A stretch of DNA of 64,000 nt from Octopus sinensis. Taxonomy: Eukaryota. The stretch is from the NCBI RefSeq assembly GCF_006345805.1, contig NC_043012.1:21018001-21082000 (forward strand). Reading direction: 5' to 3'. Below the pieces are notes generated by a model, which saw nothing but the letters and a program-made list of their open reading frames with translations, made no database searches and was not told the origin of the DNA. Within the stretch, counting starts at the first letter, position 1; each line of letters starts with the position of its first letter. Made by a program: the position numbers and the translations under genes. Below are positions 38,156 through 51,831 of the stretch, in pieces.

Positions 38156-38717
38156 ATACATATATATATATACATATATATATATAATATATATATATTA
38201 TATATATATATATATACATATATGTATATGTATATATCAACACACACACAAACATATATATATATATATATATACATACACACACACAGACACACACACA
38301 CGCACATTTATATATATATATATCCATGTTTATGGATATAAACATCTTTATATATATAATGTTTTTTTAATTGAAAAATTGTTATTAATATTTATTCTAA
38401 ATATACCTATGTTTATTTTCATTATTTGAAATTATATTTCTAATATTGTTGTTATTGTAGACTTTGTTGCGCTATTAAATTGCCGGTTAAAATGATAGAC
38501 CATCGGATGAGATTCCCTCTGGCTTCTAATCGATTATCGCTACAAACTTATATCAAACATCAACGAAATAACCTTTTCTTTTCATACTCTCCGAGTCTTT
38601 ATATACGTACCAGTCATGTCCGAGGGACGATTTAATCGACTCAAGACTTGACTTGATTCATGTTAATTTTATAATCGTATTCATATGCCTGAAGCCGTTA
38701 TTATCATACATGTGTAA

Positions 38718-38930
38718 GGCAGCGGGCAAGCAGAAACGTTAGCACGTCGGGGAAATGCTCAGCGGCAATTTGTCCGTCATTATGTTCAGAATTCAAATTC
38801 CGCCGAGGTCGCCTTTGTCTTCCATCCTTTTGGGGTCGATAAATTAAGTTCCAGTTGCGAACTGGGGTCGATCTAACATACTGGCCCCCTCCCCAAAACT
38901 TTTCGGCCTTGTGCCTAGAATAGAAAAGAA
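38718..38930 (+). mobile_element. SINE family A (near full length)
   Basis: GGCAGCGGGCAAGCAGAAACGTTAGCACGTCGGGG...AATTCAAATTCCGCCGAGGTCG...GATAAATTAAG...GGGGTCGAT. Confidence 0.85.
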
Positions 38931-38954
38931 AACATTATCATAAATATAATGTTC

Positions 38955-39098
38955 CCAGTTTAAATTCCGCCGAGGTTGACTTTGCCTTTCATCCTTTCAG
39001 GGTCGATAAATTAAGTACCAGGGAAGTCCTGGGGTCGATATAATAGACTTTACCACTACCCAAAATCCCAGGCCTTGTGCCTAGTGTAGAAAGGATTA
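38955..39098 (+). mobile_element. SINE family A (5-prime truncated, tandem with the previous copy)
   Basis: AGTTTAAATTCCGCCGAGGTTGACTTTGCCTTTCATCCTTTCAGGGTCGATAAATTAAGTACC. Confidence 0.8.
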
Positions 39099-39189
39099 TT
39101 GTCATACGCGTGTGGAAATTGCAGTTCAGTAAATTTCTACTAATAGACGTTATTAAAACCGTTTTGAGGTTTTAGGATATGGCTAGCAC

Positions 39190-39310
39190 TTTTTGGGGGA
39201 TGGGGAGTATAGTCGATTACCTCGGCGCTAGTGCTTGACTTGCACTTGTTTTATCGATCTACAAATGATGACGGCAAAGTCGACCTCGGGGGTATTTGAA
39301 CTGACATCTG
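39190..39310 (-). mobile_element. SINE family A (decayed)
   Basis: GTCGATTACCTCGGCGC...TTATCGATC...GGCAAAGTCGACCTCGGGGGTATTTGAACT. Confidence 0.7.
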
Positions 39311-41999
39311 AGTGAAAATATTGATAATTACATATGTATCCCTTCCACACACATTTTCATATATATATGTATGTGTGTGATTGTGTGTGTGTACATATGT
39401 ATGCATGCATGCACGTGTATATGTATGTATGTAAGTATATGTGAATATATACACGCATGTAAGTATGTATGCATAAATGTGTATCTATGTCACATGTACA
39501 GACACATATTTACAAAAATACACATACACACACACATTCATATGTTCTTCTTGTCATATTGCATACGTTCGCGTTGAAGCCAAGGAATAAGGGTACAAAT
39601 CCAAAACGAAAACATGCAAATCCAAAACGAAAACATTCTTCGTGGCACCATTGAGAACCGATGCTTGCTTGGAATTCTAAGAATATTTTCGACTCACAAC
39701 TGTTCCGATCTAGTCATGCCAGTGAGAAATATTTATGCCTCAGAGAAAATATCTATAATAACAAGCAAGTGTGAGCAATACTTAAAAAAAAAAAGGTGTT
39801 TTGGCATGAAGCCTTTATGGCTGTGTACATCTTCCCATTCTTTCCATAAAAGGGATCCCGAAAGGATGAAGTTAGATAATCATGAAGGAAGTCGTGACCG
39901 TTTTGCAATCAACAGCAGCGAGGAGTAAAGGTTTCTTTTCGAAATATATTTACTTACAGGAAGAATCTGTTTTGTTTTCTTTTTATTGAGGTTCTTAACT
40001 TAGATCGCTTACAGAAACAAGGATAATTTTCTTTTACATTTTCTTTTTGTTTTGCCGTGTTGCATTTGCTATTGTTGTTTCTGGTTGTTATTTTTTACTT
40101 ATTCATTTATTTATCTTTGCTCAAACCTATCTTTCTGGTATTTTGTTTTATTGAACAAATTCTTTGTTCTTTACTGCTTAAAGTAAGATGAAAGCAAAGA
40201 TCCTGATAACATATATTGAGTTGGAGGTAAGACGAGGGACGTGGAAGGAGCTCCGTCCTCTGAAGTCACCTGACTAATTATCTCCTCTCACATTATCAGC
40301 AACAGAAGAGCGGCGGTTATACTTAACAACACAAATGATAGGAAAACAACAAACAAACACAGAAGTTGCTAAATATAACTGAATCCAAGCCATCCACTTC
40401 AACTATACTTTTTTAAAAAATATAACTCCCGTTAGTAGTGTTTCTAGTTCAACATTATTCGTTTCTTATAACAAAATTTGCTGTATTCTAAATTCTTTAT
40501 TAGAAAAAAATGAAAAGTAGAAAGTTTAGAAAATGCAGTTCTTTCGAAAGTCTTTAGATGTATTTCCCTTTCATCTTTTCTTCCTGCAGATACGTCTACA
40601 CGATTTCAGTTATCACGGAGAAATTGATATAGAGAATGTCACGATATAGATCTTACACGGAGGGCCAATCTCACAGACTTTGTAACAATAGGGAATCCAT
40701 CTTGGTTTCGCATTACTTTACAGTTCTTAGGTGTGGATCAATTTTCGAATAAGAAGATGAAAGGTCACAAGTTGATATTCATTCCAGGTGTTTCGTTAGT
40801 AAGCTGAACAAGACAATTCGCATTCCAATTTATCTTGACAATAGTATAGGTTTCTGTAGATTTTTCTTTTTCATTCATGTCTGTATGTATACATGCGTGT
40901 ATATATGTATGTACTTATGTGTGTGTGTTTGGGTGTTTGTGTGTGCATGTGTACTTGTGTGTGCGTGAAATCTAGTAGAGGTTATTTCCTATCTAGAAGT
41001 TATTTATTTAATAATATTGATTTTCCCCATTGGCATAGAGCCGCAAATTAATGGTGGAAAATCTACAGTCGATTGAATCCACTGAAATGCATTTAATCCT
41101 ACTAAATCTAAAGATAAGCATTAGCCTTATGGTCGCTTGTATTTAATATAAATTAATGGATGGATATCATGAAATGAATTATATATGTAATGCAATTTCA
41201 TTTTTATCTACGATGTGAAAATTATGGTTTGCAGAGAGCTGAGTAAATAATATAGCAGATAACGAATGAAATGTTTGGGTGAATCTCATCCTATTACCAT
41301 CACCTTTCTATGCTTCTGGACAAGAGACATAATTCTCAAATTATCCACTTTATCCCTGTACGAAGTATTGAAGATGGGGGCGGGGAATATGTGTGCGCTG
41401 TAATCAACGGTTGCATTGTAAGTTCCTCTCGAGTGTTTTTGGTAGCTTAAAGTGTTGAGTTCGGCGGCCCGAGAACGACAGTCTTAGAGAAGGATGCGAA
41501 ATAAATAGATGAAGAAAATCACATTTATAGATGCCTAAGATTTTAAATATTTCTTCTCTCAAGTATCTCGATAAAATTGTGTATACCTTTAAATATTCAA
41601 ATGTCAATATATTTCTATGCATTACTGACTCAGCTAAACTAGTTAAATGATTAAATTAGATTTGAATTTCTTATCCTACAAATATGTTGCAGGTCCTGTT
41701 CATCGAAATATTTGTAGCTACCACTACAAAATATAAAAACGTTGGTGAACTAGTTAACGAGAGAACCGATTCGCAGGCGACCCACCTGCTAAATATATCA
41801 GCCAAATCTCATATTTTAACCTATCATTTGAAAAAGCAAAAGATATGTTGGATAATACAATCAGGAATGTGCAGTTAAGACGGGATCATTATGGCTTGAA
41901 TGCCTTTGATCACCGATATCCTTTATCAGGTCTCTGTGGCTAAACAACAGCAATAAGAATAATAGGAGTACTGCTCGATGACTACCTACAATAGTAATT

Positions 42000-42290
42000 T
42001 TTTTCTGTGGTATTAATATCTCACTACCTCGTTCTGGAAGGATCGTGTGTTTAGAGTCTTGAAGCATCTCCGTCATAGGGTCCAAGCAGTAGTAGCCGGC
42101 GTTACACTTTCCCGCAGCATTCCCAGGCGCGACCAAATGAGACTATGGATATTATCCAACCATTTCTTGGTCCACCTCTATGTCTGCTGTGGGTTGACTT
42201 GGCTTGAAGAATCCGTCTTGTGGTCCTTTCTTATAACAGTCTCATCACATACCCGCAGTGCCGGACCCGTGACCCATTGATACTGAAAAG
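42000..42290 (-). mobile_element. LINE (RTE/RTE-X-like) 3-prime end fragment
   Basis: RVRHCGYVMRLL*ERTTRRILQAKSTHSRHRGGPR, then after a frameshift KWLDNIHSLIWSRLGM; typical RG.PR..W.D.I LINE terminus. Confidence 0.65.
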
Positions 42291-43247
42291 TAACAGCTCA
42301 ACCTGGAAAGACTTCTTTGATGGTTTGCTCAAAGGCGAGAAGACAATACTTTCTATCCACTTGTGGAGTTTCCAAGACTTATGAGAAGAAGGCAAGAAGT
42401 TATCAGACCCGAATACTTGCAAAAGTTTAGACTCTGCTAAAGGTATCATTAGTTGTATTAAAATGAACAATAGATTAATTTTAGAGTTATGAGATGATAA
42501 ATGCAGTCTAAGTGTTGGATAAAAGTTACATGTAGAACTTTCGGATTGAACGAAACTTTTGTGATTTGAACAGTGTCCATGATGTTGCAATCATTGGTAA
42601 CACAATAACTGTGTTACTGTTAAGTAATTGCTAATATTTTGATGCAGGTATGTCTGATCGGTTAAGAGCTTTGCTTTGAAAACCTGAGGTGCCAAGTAAT
42701 TTCACTACGAGACATCTTGGACAAGTGTCTTCAGCTAACATCCAGCACTACCTCATAAGGTGTCACACCACAGCTTCAGATTTAGAAATATGCTAGAGTT
42801 ACATAAGTGTGGAATACATGTTAATCTGATAAGTTGGACTTTAACTTCATCGTCAAAATCGAAAGAACATCCATTATTTATGGTTTACCTCTAAAACTAC
42901 TAAATTCAGTCTAACTGTTCGTGGTATAAACATTATTTGAAACAGGTGATTCACACCTTCGCTACTCAGAGTTTCTCGTTTGATGTTATCCTTCACACGA
43001 CAACAGACGTTTTCGTTCTTTGTGGCTTTTCGAGCGATCGATACCATTATGCAGAGCAGCGTTATGTGTCACGAGCTTTGTACATGCAAATATACTCCAC
43101 AGCATGTACGGTGTCCTCTCTCTGTCACTTTTTCCTCCCTATTTCTGTCTCTGTATTTTGTTAAACAAAATAATGTGCGAGTATGTGCCTGTATGTCTGA
43201 ACATATACATATACATCCATCCATTCATCCATATATATATATTATAT

Positions 43248-43307
<60 letters not shown>

Positions 43308-43564
43308 TGTATACATGCGTGTATGTCTGAACATATACATATACATCCATCCATCCATCCATATATATATATACATATATACATATATACATTCGTGTAT
43401 GTGTCTGTGTGTCTCCATGCATGGAGACACACAGACACATACACACATGTATATATGTATATATATATATGGATGGATGGATGTATATGTATATGTTCAG
43501 ACATACACGCATGTATACATGCATATATATATATATGTTCAGACATACACGCATGTATACATGC

Positions 43565-43597
<33 letters not shown>

Positions 43598-44056
43598 ATA
43601 TATATATATATTATATATATATATGCATGTATACATGCGTGTATGTCTGAACATATACATATACATCCATCCATCCATCCATATATATATATACATATAT
43701 ACATGCGTGTATGTGTCTGTGTGTCTCCATGTATACATGTGTATATATATGTATATATGCATATAGGGGGAAGGTGTGAACTGGAATACATGTATGAATT
43801 GAATGTGTCTGCGCATAGAGAGTAGTGAAATGCAAATGAGAGTAAATTCAAAGTAAAATGCTCCAGACTTGAGCCGAATATCATTACCGTTTGATATTTT
43901 TATCAAAACTATTCTAAACATTTCGATTGATGTTTCCAAAAGGAATTAGAATAGAATTAATTTTTCTTTTGTCTTTGTAGTTCCTTGTTTCTGCTGGGTT
44001 GTTGTTTTTTTTGGGTTTTTTTATTTCATACACACGCCCATGTGCACACAAACACA

Positions 44057-44472
44057 TGTATGTATGTATGTATGTATGTATGTTTGTATGTATGCATGTA
44101 TGTATGTATGTATGCATATGTATGTATGTATGTATGTTTGTATGTATGTATGTATGTATGTATGTATGTATGTATGTCTGTATGTATGTATGTATGTATG
44201 TATGTATGTATGTTTGTATGTATGTATGTATGTATGTATGTATGTATGTATGTACGTATTTATGTTTGTATGTATGTATGTATGTTTGTATGTATGTATG
44301 TACGTATTTATGTTTGTATGTATGTATGTATGTTTGTATGTATGTATGTATGTATGTATGTTTGTATGTATGTATGTATGTATGTATGTATGTATGTATG
44401 TATGTATGTATGTATGTACGTATTTATGTTTGTATGTATGTATGTATGTTTGTATGTATGTATGTTTGCATG

Positions 44473-44501
<29 letters not shown>
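44057..44501. repeat. (TATG)n microsatellite
   Basis: About 445 bp. Confidence 0.95.
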
Positions 44502-44503
<2 letters not shown>

Positions 44504-44804
44504 TATCCATTGCATTATACTTTGTTGTCTTGTTTTGTTTTGTTTTGTTTTGTTGCTTTGAACTTTCTATTTCCAACAATCTTTTCTTATTTTTCCCTCA
44601 ATAGCTTAAAGCAAAGCCTCCTCCGCACTTCGTCTTACACGGTGACATCGGTACCACAAACCGTTCTTTCTAATTATTAGATATTGCCATTTAAAAGACT
44701 TGCCGCATAGGAAAACAGACATCAAACTTGCCACGATTGAAACCACAAAAGACTTCTTCTGTTTGTTCTTATTGTTCTTATTATTATTATTGGCAGTGAT
44801 GGTG

Positions 44805-44961
44805 GTAGCGCTGATGGTGATGGTGGTGACGATAGTGGTGATGGTAGCGGTGGTGGTGGTGGTGGTGGTGAAGATGGTGGAGGTGGCGATGGTGGTGGTG
44901 ATGGTGGTGGTGGTGGTAGCAGTGGTGATGTTAGTAGTAGTAGTAGTATTAGTATTATTAT

Positions 44962-45000
<39 letters not shown>

Positions 45001-45090
45001 CAGTAGCAGTAGTAGTAGTGGCGGTAGTAGTAGTAGTAGTATTAGTAGTAGTAGTAGTAGTAGTTGTAGCAGTAGCAGCAGCAGCAGTAG
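44805..45090. repeat. (GGT)n/(TAG)n trinucleotide low-complexity tract
   Basis: Direct inspection. Confidence 0.9.
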
Positions 45091-45624
45091 TATACCATTT
45101 CTAATGTGACGTTATGCAATGGCAGATTAAAATGGCCGATTGTGTATTTTTGTTACGACCTATTACATTCCCAATTCAAATCTTGTATTCTTAGCCCATT
45201 CTGGGAACAATGGAATATGTACGAAACGGGTAGGAATGTCTACTTGACAAACTGGGACCAAATCTCACATTCCGACTCAAATCAGAATCGTTTTGTGCCG
45301 ATGCGGTAAATCGTTCTTGCCATGTGCATATTTTCGTTTAAATGATGGAAGAAATGGAAAATGTCATGGATCGTCACCACGTTAATTCACTCAGTAGTCC
45401 TATACCAAATACTGTGGTACAACTTGTAAGCTGGTCGAGAGACTGTCAAGGAACTCCACCCATTTATCTCATGACAAATGTTACAGCGTTGTATACATTT
45501 TGATGAAAATTCATTAATCATAATTTCTGGGTATTGTTTGGAGGGAAGCAATTTCCTATATTGCTTGCCAGCCGAACTATATGTGTGTATGATGCATTGT
45601 GTTGGGTGTGCATCTATAGATATA

Positions 45625-45656
<32 letters not shown>

Positions 45657-46959
45657 CATATATATATGTATATATATGTGTGTGTATGTACATGTACATA
45701 TGTATATAGATGCACATACACACACATGCATATATATTATACACACATACACACACATGCATATATATGTACACACACACAAGCACACACAAATATATGT
45801 GGTTCTGCTGTAAAGCAACGTCGGATATTGTTCCCCTCCAAATATCTGTATAATTTCTCAAAAATGATTAGTGTTTTTGTATTGGAAATATGTCAAATAT
45901 ATTCATTTGTTATCGCATTCGATTTTATACTATCTATAGAAAGAAAAAAAAAGTGCTTATATAAGTAAAGAAAATATCGATTCATTTAAGTAATGATATG
46001 CTTAAAATGTCCAAGGCAGAAATATTAATCTGATTATAATGGTCATTATATATGTGGAATGAGGTTGAGTTGTCTGGAAAAAAGAAGCGGAAAATCGTTT
46101 GGTATAAAACAAAAATATTTGTTAAAAAGTAACAAGTAAAAGTAAGTTGAAAGCATTTAATACGAAACTATAAATTATATACAATAGTAATGATTTGCAG
46201 GATGGAATAAATGAAGGAAAACAACAGCAAGAAACTATGATTAATGAATTTTCAGCGAAATATGTACAATACCATCGACTACTAAGAAGTTCGTCACGAG
46301 ATAAGGCGGGAGTTTCTAGACAGTCACTCGATCAGCTATGTGTGTATCTATCTCTCTATCTATCTCTATATCTACCGAGGGAGAGCGAGAGAGAAGGGGA
46401 GGGAAGTGAAAGAAGAAGGGGAGAGAAGTGAGAGAAACTTCTTACGACTTTGTAGACTTATTTCGTTGCAATTGCAGTGAAGTCGAGCAGGAATTTCTTT
46501 TCTCTTTTTTTTATCAGCTAACCCTTGCGGAAAGTAAAATCCGCTGAACGTTTGCGATTGCGTAGAACTCACTGATATATTTTGGTGGAGAACCCTGGAA
46601 ATTATGATTTTTGCGGGAGACTTAATGTAAGTAGATTGTGATTTGATAGGAGAAGGTGAAAGGGTTTAATAATAAATATTTTGAGCTACCTTTTACCTGC
46701 CGTGTGTCAAACTGTTGAAAGATTTTGAGAATATTTAATGCGTCAAACTCCTAACATCTTTAAGACGGAATGGTCTGGCATTACCAAGGTCGAAGCCCTT
46801 GAGCTCCTGGACAGGTCCTTAAAGCGAGTATTCACTCCCATGCTCTGTAACCATACTCCTAGTAACCTGAAACTGATGTCCACCAGCATTCTCGAAGTTA
46901 TCTTCTTCCTTCTCTTCTTCTTATATTCACACCCTTATCGCCCATCTTTACCATTTACC

Positions 46960-47400
46960 TCTGCCCGAGATCGATAAAATGAACCCCTCTGGCCACCTCA
47001 TCGTTTCCACATGCAAATTTGCCACTGAGGTTATATCCAAATGCTTCCAATTTCTCATCACTTTTGGTAGCAGCTCTTTCATCACACGGCCATGACATTA
47101 ACTTAGCCCTCTACCTCTTCAGCCTCTTCTTCTTTCATCCCTGTCCCCATCTAAATTAAACTATAGAGTTTATCTTCCCCCATCCACACCTTAAACCGTC
47201 AATCCCTATCAGAGTAGACTCCTAACCATCAAATTCTTCCTCAACTCTCACACTATGCTTCAGCTCAACAGCACAACTTTCCTCTGCTTCAAAAGATTCT
47301 ATTTCTCCGTATTTACTAAGGTACAATCAGGTTCCATCCTGATACAAATGTCCACCCAATAACCACAGAAAAACACAGAATCGCTCCCTGTCTTCCATCT
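46960..47400 (+). mobile_element. Possible decayed Penelope-like reverse transcriptase fragment
   Basis: NPSGHLIVSTCKFATEVISK...SSFIT resembles the PLE RT motif NPGRPIVS.C.C.TE.IS...LPSFI.DT; many stops. Confidence 0.4.
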
Positions 47401-49764
47401 TAGCACATTTTTATCACAGTCCTAATAGCGTGTCCCCACCCCATCCTCCACTTCCTCTTTTCTCTTCTCTTGACTATTACAAGCGCTTGTCCAAAGCAGC
47501 AATTTCTTTACTTTCAAAGGGTATTTATAGAGACATTGTGCACAAATGTAAATTCACACTGTTTGTCGTTCTCGTTAGGATATCAAACGTTAAAATATAT
47601 GGTGTATTAATATCGTTCTGTTATACCATGTGGCGGATTTTTAATTGTAACACACCTATACAACGCAAGCACATCACTAGTTATACAGGTGTTGGAATTA
47701 TTCCCTTTTAACACTTTTATGCATTGAATCATGAAGAATAAAATATATCTTGACTAGAAAAAAAGAAACCACTTCACTTGTTATTTGAACACGCAACTCG
47801 CAGTTTGCTTGCCCAATACATTATCTGTTCACATATTTTATGCAGGTAAAGTTTTTGATGACTTGGGAAAAATATAAATGTCGACAGAAAGTTCATGATA
47901 ATGACGATTTTTTGGTCTATGTACATAGAGTTTTGAATTTTTGTCTGAGAGTATGAAATGTATATCCGAAATCCTTTAGGGATTTGAAGATTACTACAGC
48001 TAGAACATATCGCTAGTTGGCATGCAGATAAACTCGTTAAAAGTTTTAATGCCAACACAGAAGTCATGGGAGCGGCAGTGATTTTCGTTTTACCATTATT
48101 TACTTTCATCCCTTCTTCGTTTTGAAGATAAAATCCCGCCGAGGTCGATTTGCTTTTCATTCTTTCGGGATCGATAAAATTAGATACAATGTCTTCTGTT
48201 TGCTTGAAAAACTGACAATGTAGCACTTTTTTTTCTTTCCAGATATGCATCTATTTTTCCTTTTTATTTTGTTTGTAATCCATTTCTGCTTCGATATATT
48301 CGTCATTGATTTTTCTATCTTCCCATATAAGCTTCTCTTCCACATTTCTTTACGAATTTTTCTACTCCCTATAATTGACAAGTGTACTGTGTTTATTATA
48401 TTGAGTCGCTCTCTGTCTCTTATTTATATACAGCCTACCGAAAATTCTCCATGAATGAAATCCGTTGTGCATTGTATAGCTCTTTCTGCTGCACCCATCC
48501 ATTTCATCCATACCATTTTTCGGCTACTCAAGGCAACCTGCATATCCTCTCAATATTACTTTTATATAGGTATTGATCAATCAATCAATACATCAAATGA
48601 ATAACTTTGGAAATCAGTAGCTATACAGTAAAAGGCACAGCCTGTTCTTCATCATACCCCGGCTATCAACTAACATCGTATTTCCACCACTTTCCTTTCA
48701 ATCCATCCCTCAATATTGTTCAACTGTCCTCTTCGACTTACGTGACAAAATTACTTGATTTCGCGTTTATAAAATTATCAACTTTCCATAGTTCTCAGTC
48801 TTCCCAACATAAAGCAGACCCCTTTAATAATTGTCTCTCTATTGAGCTTTGCTTTTACTGGATGAGGGAGCCCTAATTTATATACGCATACTCAACTTTA
48901 CATCGCGTTCTCTTTTACACTCCATCAATGACCTTCTGTTTTGTCCTCTATGTTTGTGATTGTAAGATTTGATCTTCCCTCTCAAACTCTACCCGTAGCT
49001 CACATATACTCACTCCTTTACATACAAACAGACCATCCACACCCACACACATCCCCACACACATAGACGAGTGCGCGTACAAGGCACACACACAGATTCA
49101 TGAATCACTTGATAAAGACAAACTGCATTTACCATTTTCCTAAAATGCTAACAGACTTTGGAATAATCCAATTTGTAATTATTGGAATAAGCGTTGTATT
49201 TACCAATGAAAATTAGTTCCATCATTACTTTCGCCTAAGTGACACTCTGCTTTGCTCTTTCGCTCTTTCGCTCTTTTATAATGTATTTGGTACAAGAATA
49301 ACCAAATCAATAACAGGCAGACGTGGCCACAATAGATCTTCCTGACGAATACCTAGTTTGATCTCTGTTTCAACCAAAATCTTTCAACCAATTATTCATA
49401 TCGGTTTGCCACAATCTCATTAAAATTATTGCATTGCCTCATGAATGTCAAATATTTTCAGTAATTCTATAAACCAGAAAAATGGAATTACATCAAACGA
49501 TTTTTCTTTGTCGATTTATTTCAATCCTAGGACCTTCTTATTCTTCATTTCCTAGAACATCATAAAGTAATTCACTTGTAGTTCATGGTATCCTTCGGCC
49601 AATTATCTATTGCCCATGATGTAAGGCGTTTTGATTCCATTAAAATTATATCTAAAAAAATTAAGAATATTTTTGAAGTTGCTACATCAAAATCACGCGC
49701 GCGAGCACGCACACATATATAGGCATGAGTGTATAAATATATATTTATATCCATATATATACAT

Positions 49765-50250
49765 ACATATGCGGGGGGTAATAATAACACCTAAAAGGAG
49801 GCGTTTTTCCATCCACCAAAGGGAATGAAGCTTTGGCCAGGAGGAACTGATGTCATTAGAGGGTATCAAACGGTCATCAGGTATTTCGTCCCTGAACCGT
49901 AACGCCCTCCTGTTGGCGGGTCAGCAGAGGTGGCCAGGTAACTGTCCATCTTCTCCTCCTGTCTTCCAGCTTAACTACTCTTTCTTGCTCCAAGGTCAAC
50001 AACAGGCTCTTTCAGCTGCCTCTGCCGTTCTGCACTCAGACACCCTTCACTCCTTCCCTCTCATTCCAATACCTGTAAGTATCTTCGATGCCAACAGAGC
50101 AGGGAACTCCCTACAGCCAACCTCGACTGGAAAAAGCCATAACTGATATCCATTCTCCCAGCAATCCTACAGAAGGGTCTCATATACGGTACTCTTCAGT
50201 TCGTGAGCCTCATTACACCCTTCTTGTCAGTTCATTTAAGATTATGTATA
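49765..50250 (-). mobile_element. HERO-like (RLE) non-LTR retrotransposon 3-prime end, copy 1
   Basis: IILNELT...[39 protein letters not shown]...[20 protein letters not shown] matches the RLE motif ELT.PWE...EAHERK..KY...[11 protein letters not shown]...AERAS.WLW. Confidence 0.8.
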
Positions 50251-50310
50251 TATGTGTGTGCATATATATATATAAATAAATATATATATATATATTATAT
50301 ATATATACAT

Positions 50311-50795
50311 ACATATGCGGGGGGTAATAATAACACCTAAAAGGAGGCGTTTTTCCATCCACCAAAGGGAATGAAGCTTTGGCCAGGAGGAACTGATGTC
50401 ATTAGAGGGTATCAAACGGTCATCAGGTATTTCGTCCCTGAACCGTAACGCCCTCCTGTTGGCGGGTCAGCAGAGGTGGCCAGGTAACTGTCCATCTTCT
50501 CCTCCTGTCTTCCAGCTTAACTACTCTTTCTTGCTCCAAGGTCAACAACAGGCTCTTTCAGCTGCCTCTGCCGTTCTGCACTCAGACACCCTTCACTCCT
50601 TCCCTCTCATTCCAATACCTGTAAGTATCTTCGATGCCAACAGAGCAGGAACTCCCTACAGCCAACCTCGACTGGAAAAAGCCATAACTGATATCCATTC
50701 TCCAGCAATCCTACAGAAGGGTCTCATATACGGTACTCTTCAGTTCGTGAGCCTCATTACAACCCTTCTTGTCAGTTCATTTAAGATTATGTATA
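50311..50795 (-). mobile_element. HERO-like 3-prime end, tandem copy 2
   Basis: 546-bp tandem duplicate of copy 1; differences seen are single-base indels in short homopolymers. Confidence 0.8.
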
Positions 50796-50835
50796 TATGT
50801 GTGTGCATATATATATATAATATATATATATATAT

Positions 50836-50911
<76 letters not shown>

Positions 50912-50912
50912 C

Positions 50913-50960
<48 letters not shown>

Positions 50961-51059
50961 TATATATATGCATGTATATAAGTATATATGTATATATGTA
51001 TGTATGGTGTATTTGTGTGTGTGTATGTATGTATGTATGTATGTATGTATGTATTGTCT

Positions 51060-51455
51060 CTTATTTCAGTCATTCTATTACAGACAAGTTAGGGCACCGA
51101 TTTCAAGGGTTTTAGTCGAACGAATTGACCCTTTCATATATAATTTTGCTTTGCAGCCTGGTACTTATTGTATATGTCTCTTTCGACCAACCCACAACTT
51201 TAACAACTTTACTGGTGCGTAAACAAACCAACACCGGTAGTGAAGTGGTGGGGAGACCACAAACTCAAACACAAACACACCACACACTCACATATGAACA
51301 AAAACACAGAGGGATTCTTTGAGTTTCCGTCTACCAAATTCACTCACAAACTTTGATCAGTCCGCGCCTATAGTAGAAGAGACTTGCCCGCAGTGCTGCG
51401 CAGTGGGTCTGAAACCGGAACCATGTAGCAGAGAAGCAAGTGTCTTTCCACACAT
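51060..51455 (-). mobile_element. Composite SINE family B (decayed)
   Basis: TTTCCGTCTACCAAATTCACTCAC...CTATAGTAGAAGAGACTTGCCC...GAAACCGGAACCATGT, plus tail TTTCAGTCATT. Confidence 0.75.
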
Positions 51456-51831
51456 TCCAAACAAATGTAAATATCTACTTGTTTACTCCGCTATTCTTCG
51501 TTTTATCTTTCTGCATAGGAACAGTTTACTCTTCTATTAATAAATGGTAGTACAATTCTAAAGTGCATTGTCTAATATATCTTATCAAGAATGAGAGGTC
51601 TAAAATGTGGTCGAGGTTTTTATGATCTTTTATAATTTAAGATGTTCTTTACAACTTTCATTCTTTTCTTTATTTTTTCCTTTCGTATATGTAATCTTTA
51701 TCGCTTTTGATATTTTATTCACAGCATCTGTATCATGTTATCTCATTTATATTATTATTATATTATTATATTATTATTCAAGATATCTAGCTACTCTTTA
51801 TTCATTGAACTTCACCTGTACGATTACATTT

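Noticed and set aside
41861-42136. ORF with GKCNAGYYC resembling a cysteine-rich GCC2/GCC3 repeat
   Set aside because: The same bases read better in other frames as a LINE 3-prime end (RG.PR..WLDNI); a single isolated motif with no neighbouring repeats.
42695-42740. Minus-strand CTGAAGA-CACT...AGTGAAA
   Set aside because: Part of a decayed SINE family B head; no stem III or stem I.
49850-49905. GGACGAAATACCTGATGACC (minus) in the HERO-like 3-prime UTR as a hammerhead
   Set aside because: GAAA and CUGAUGA are only 3 nt apart, leaving no room for stems III and I. It folds as a simple hairpin.
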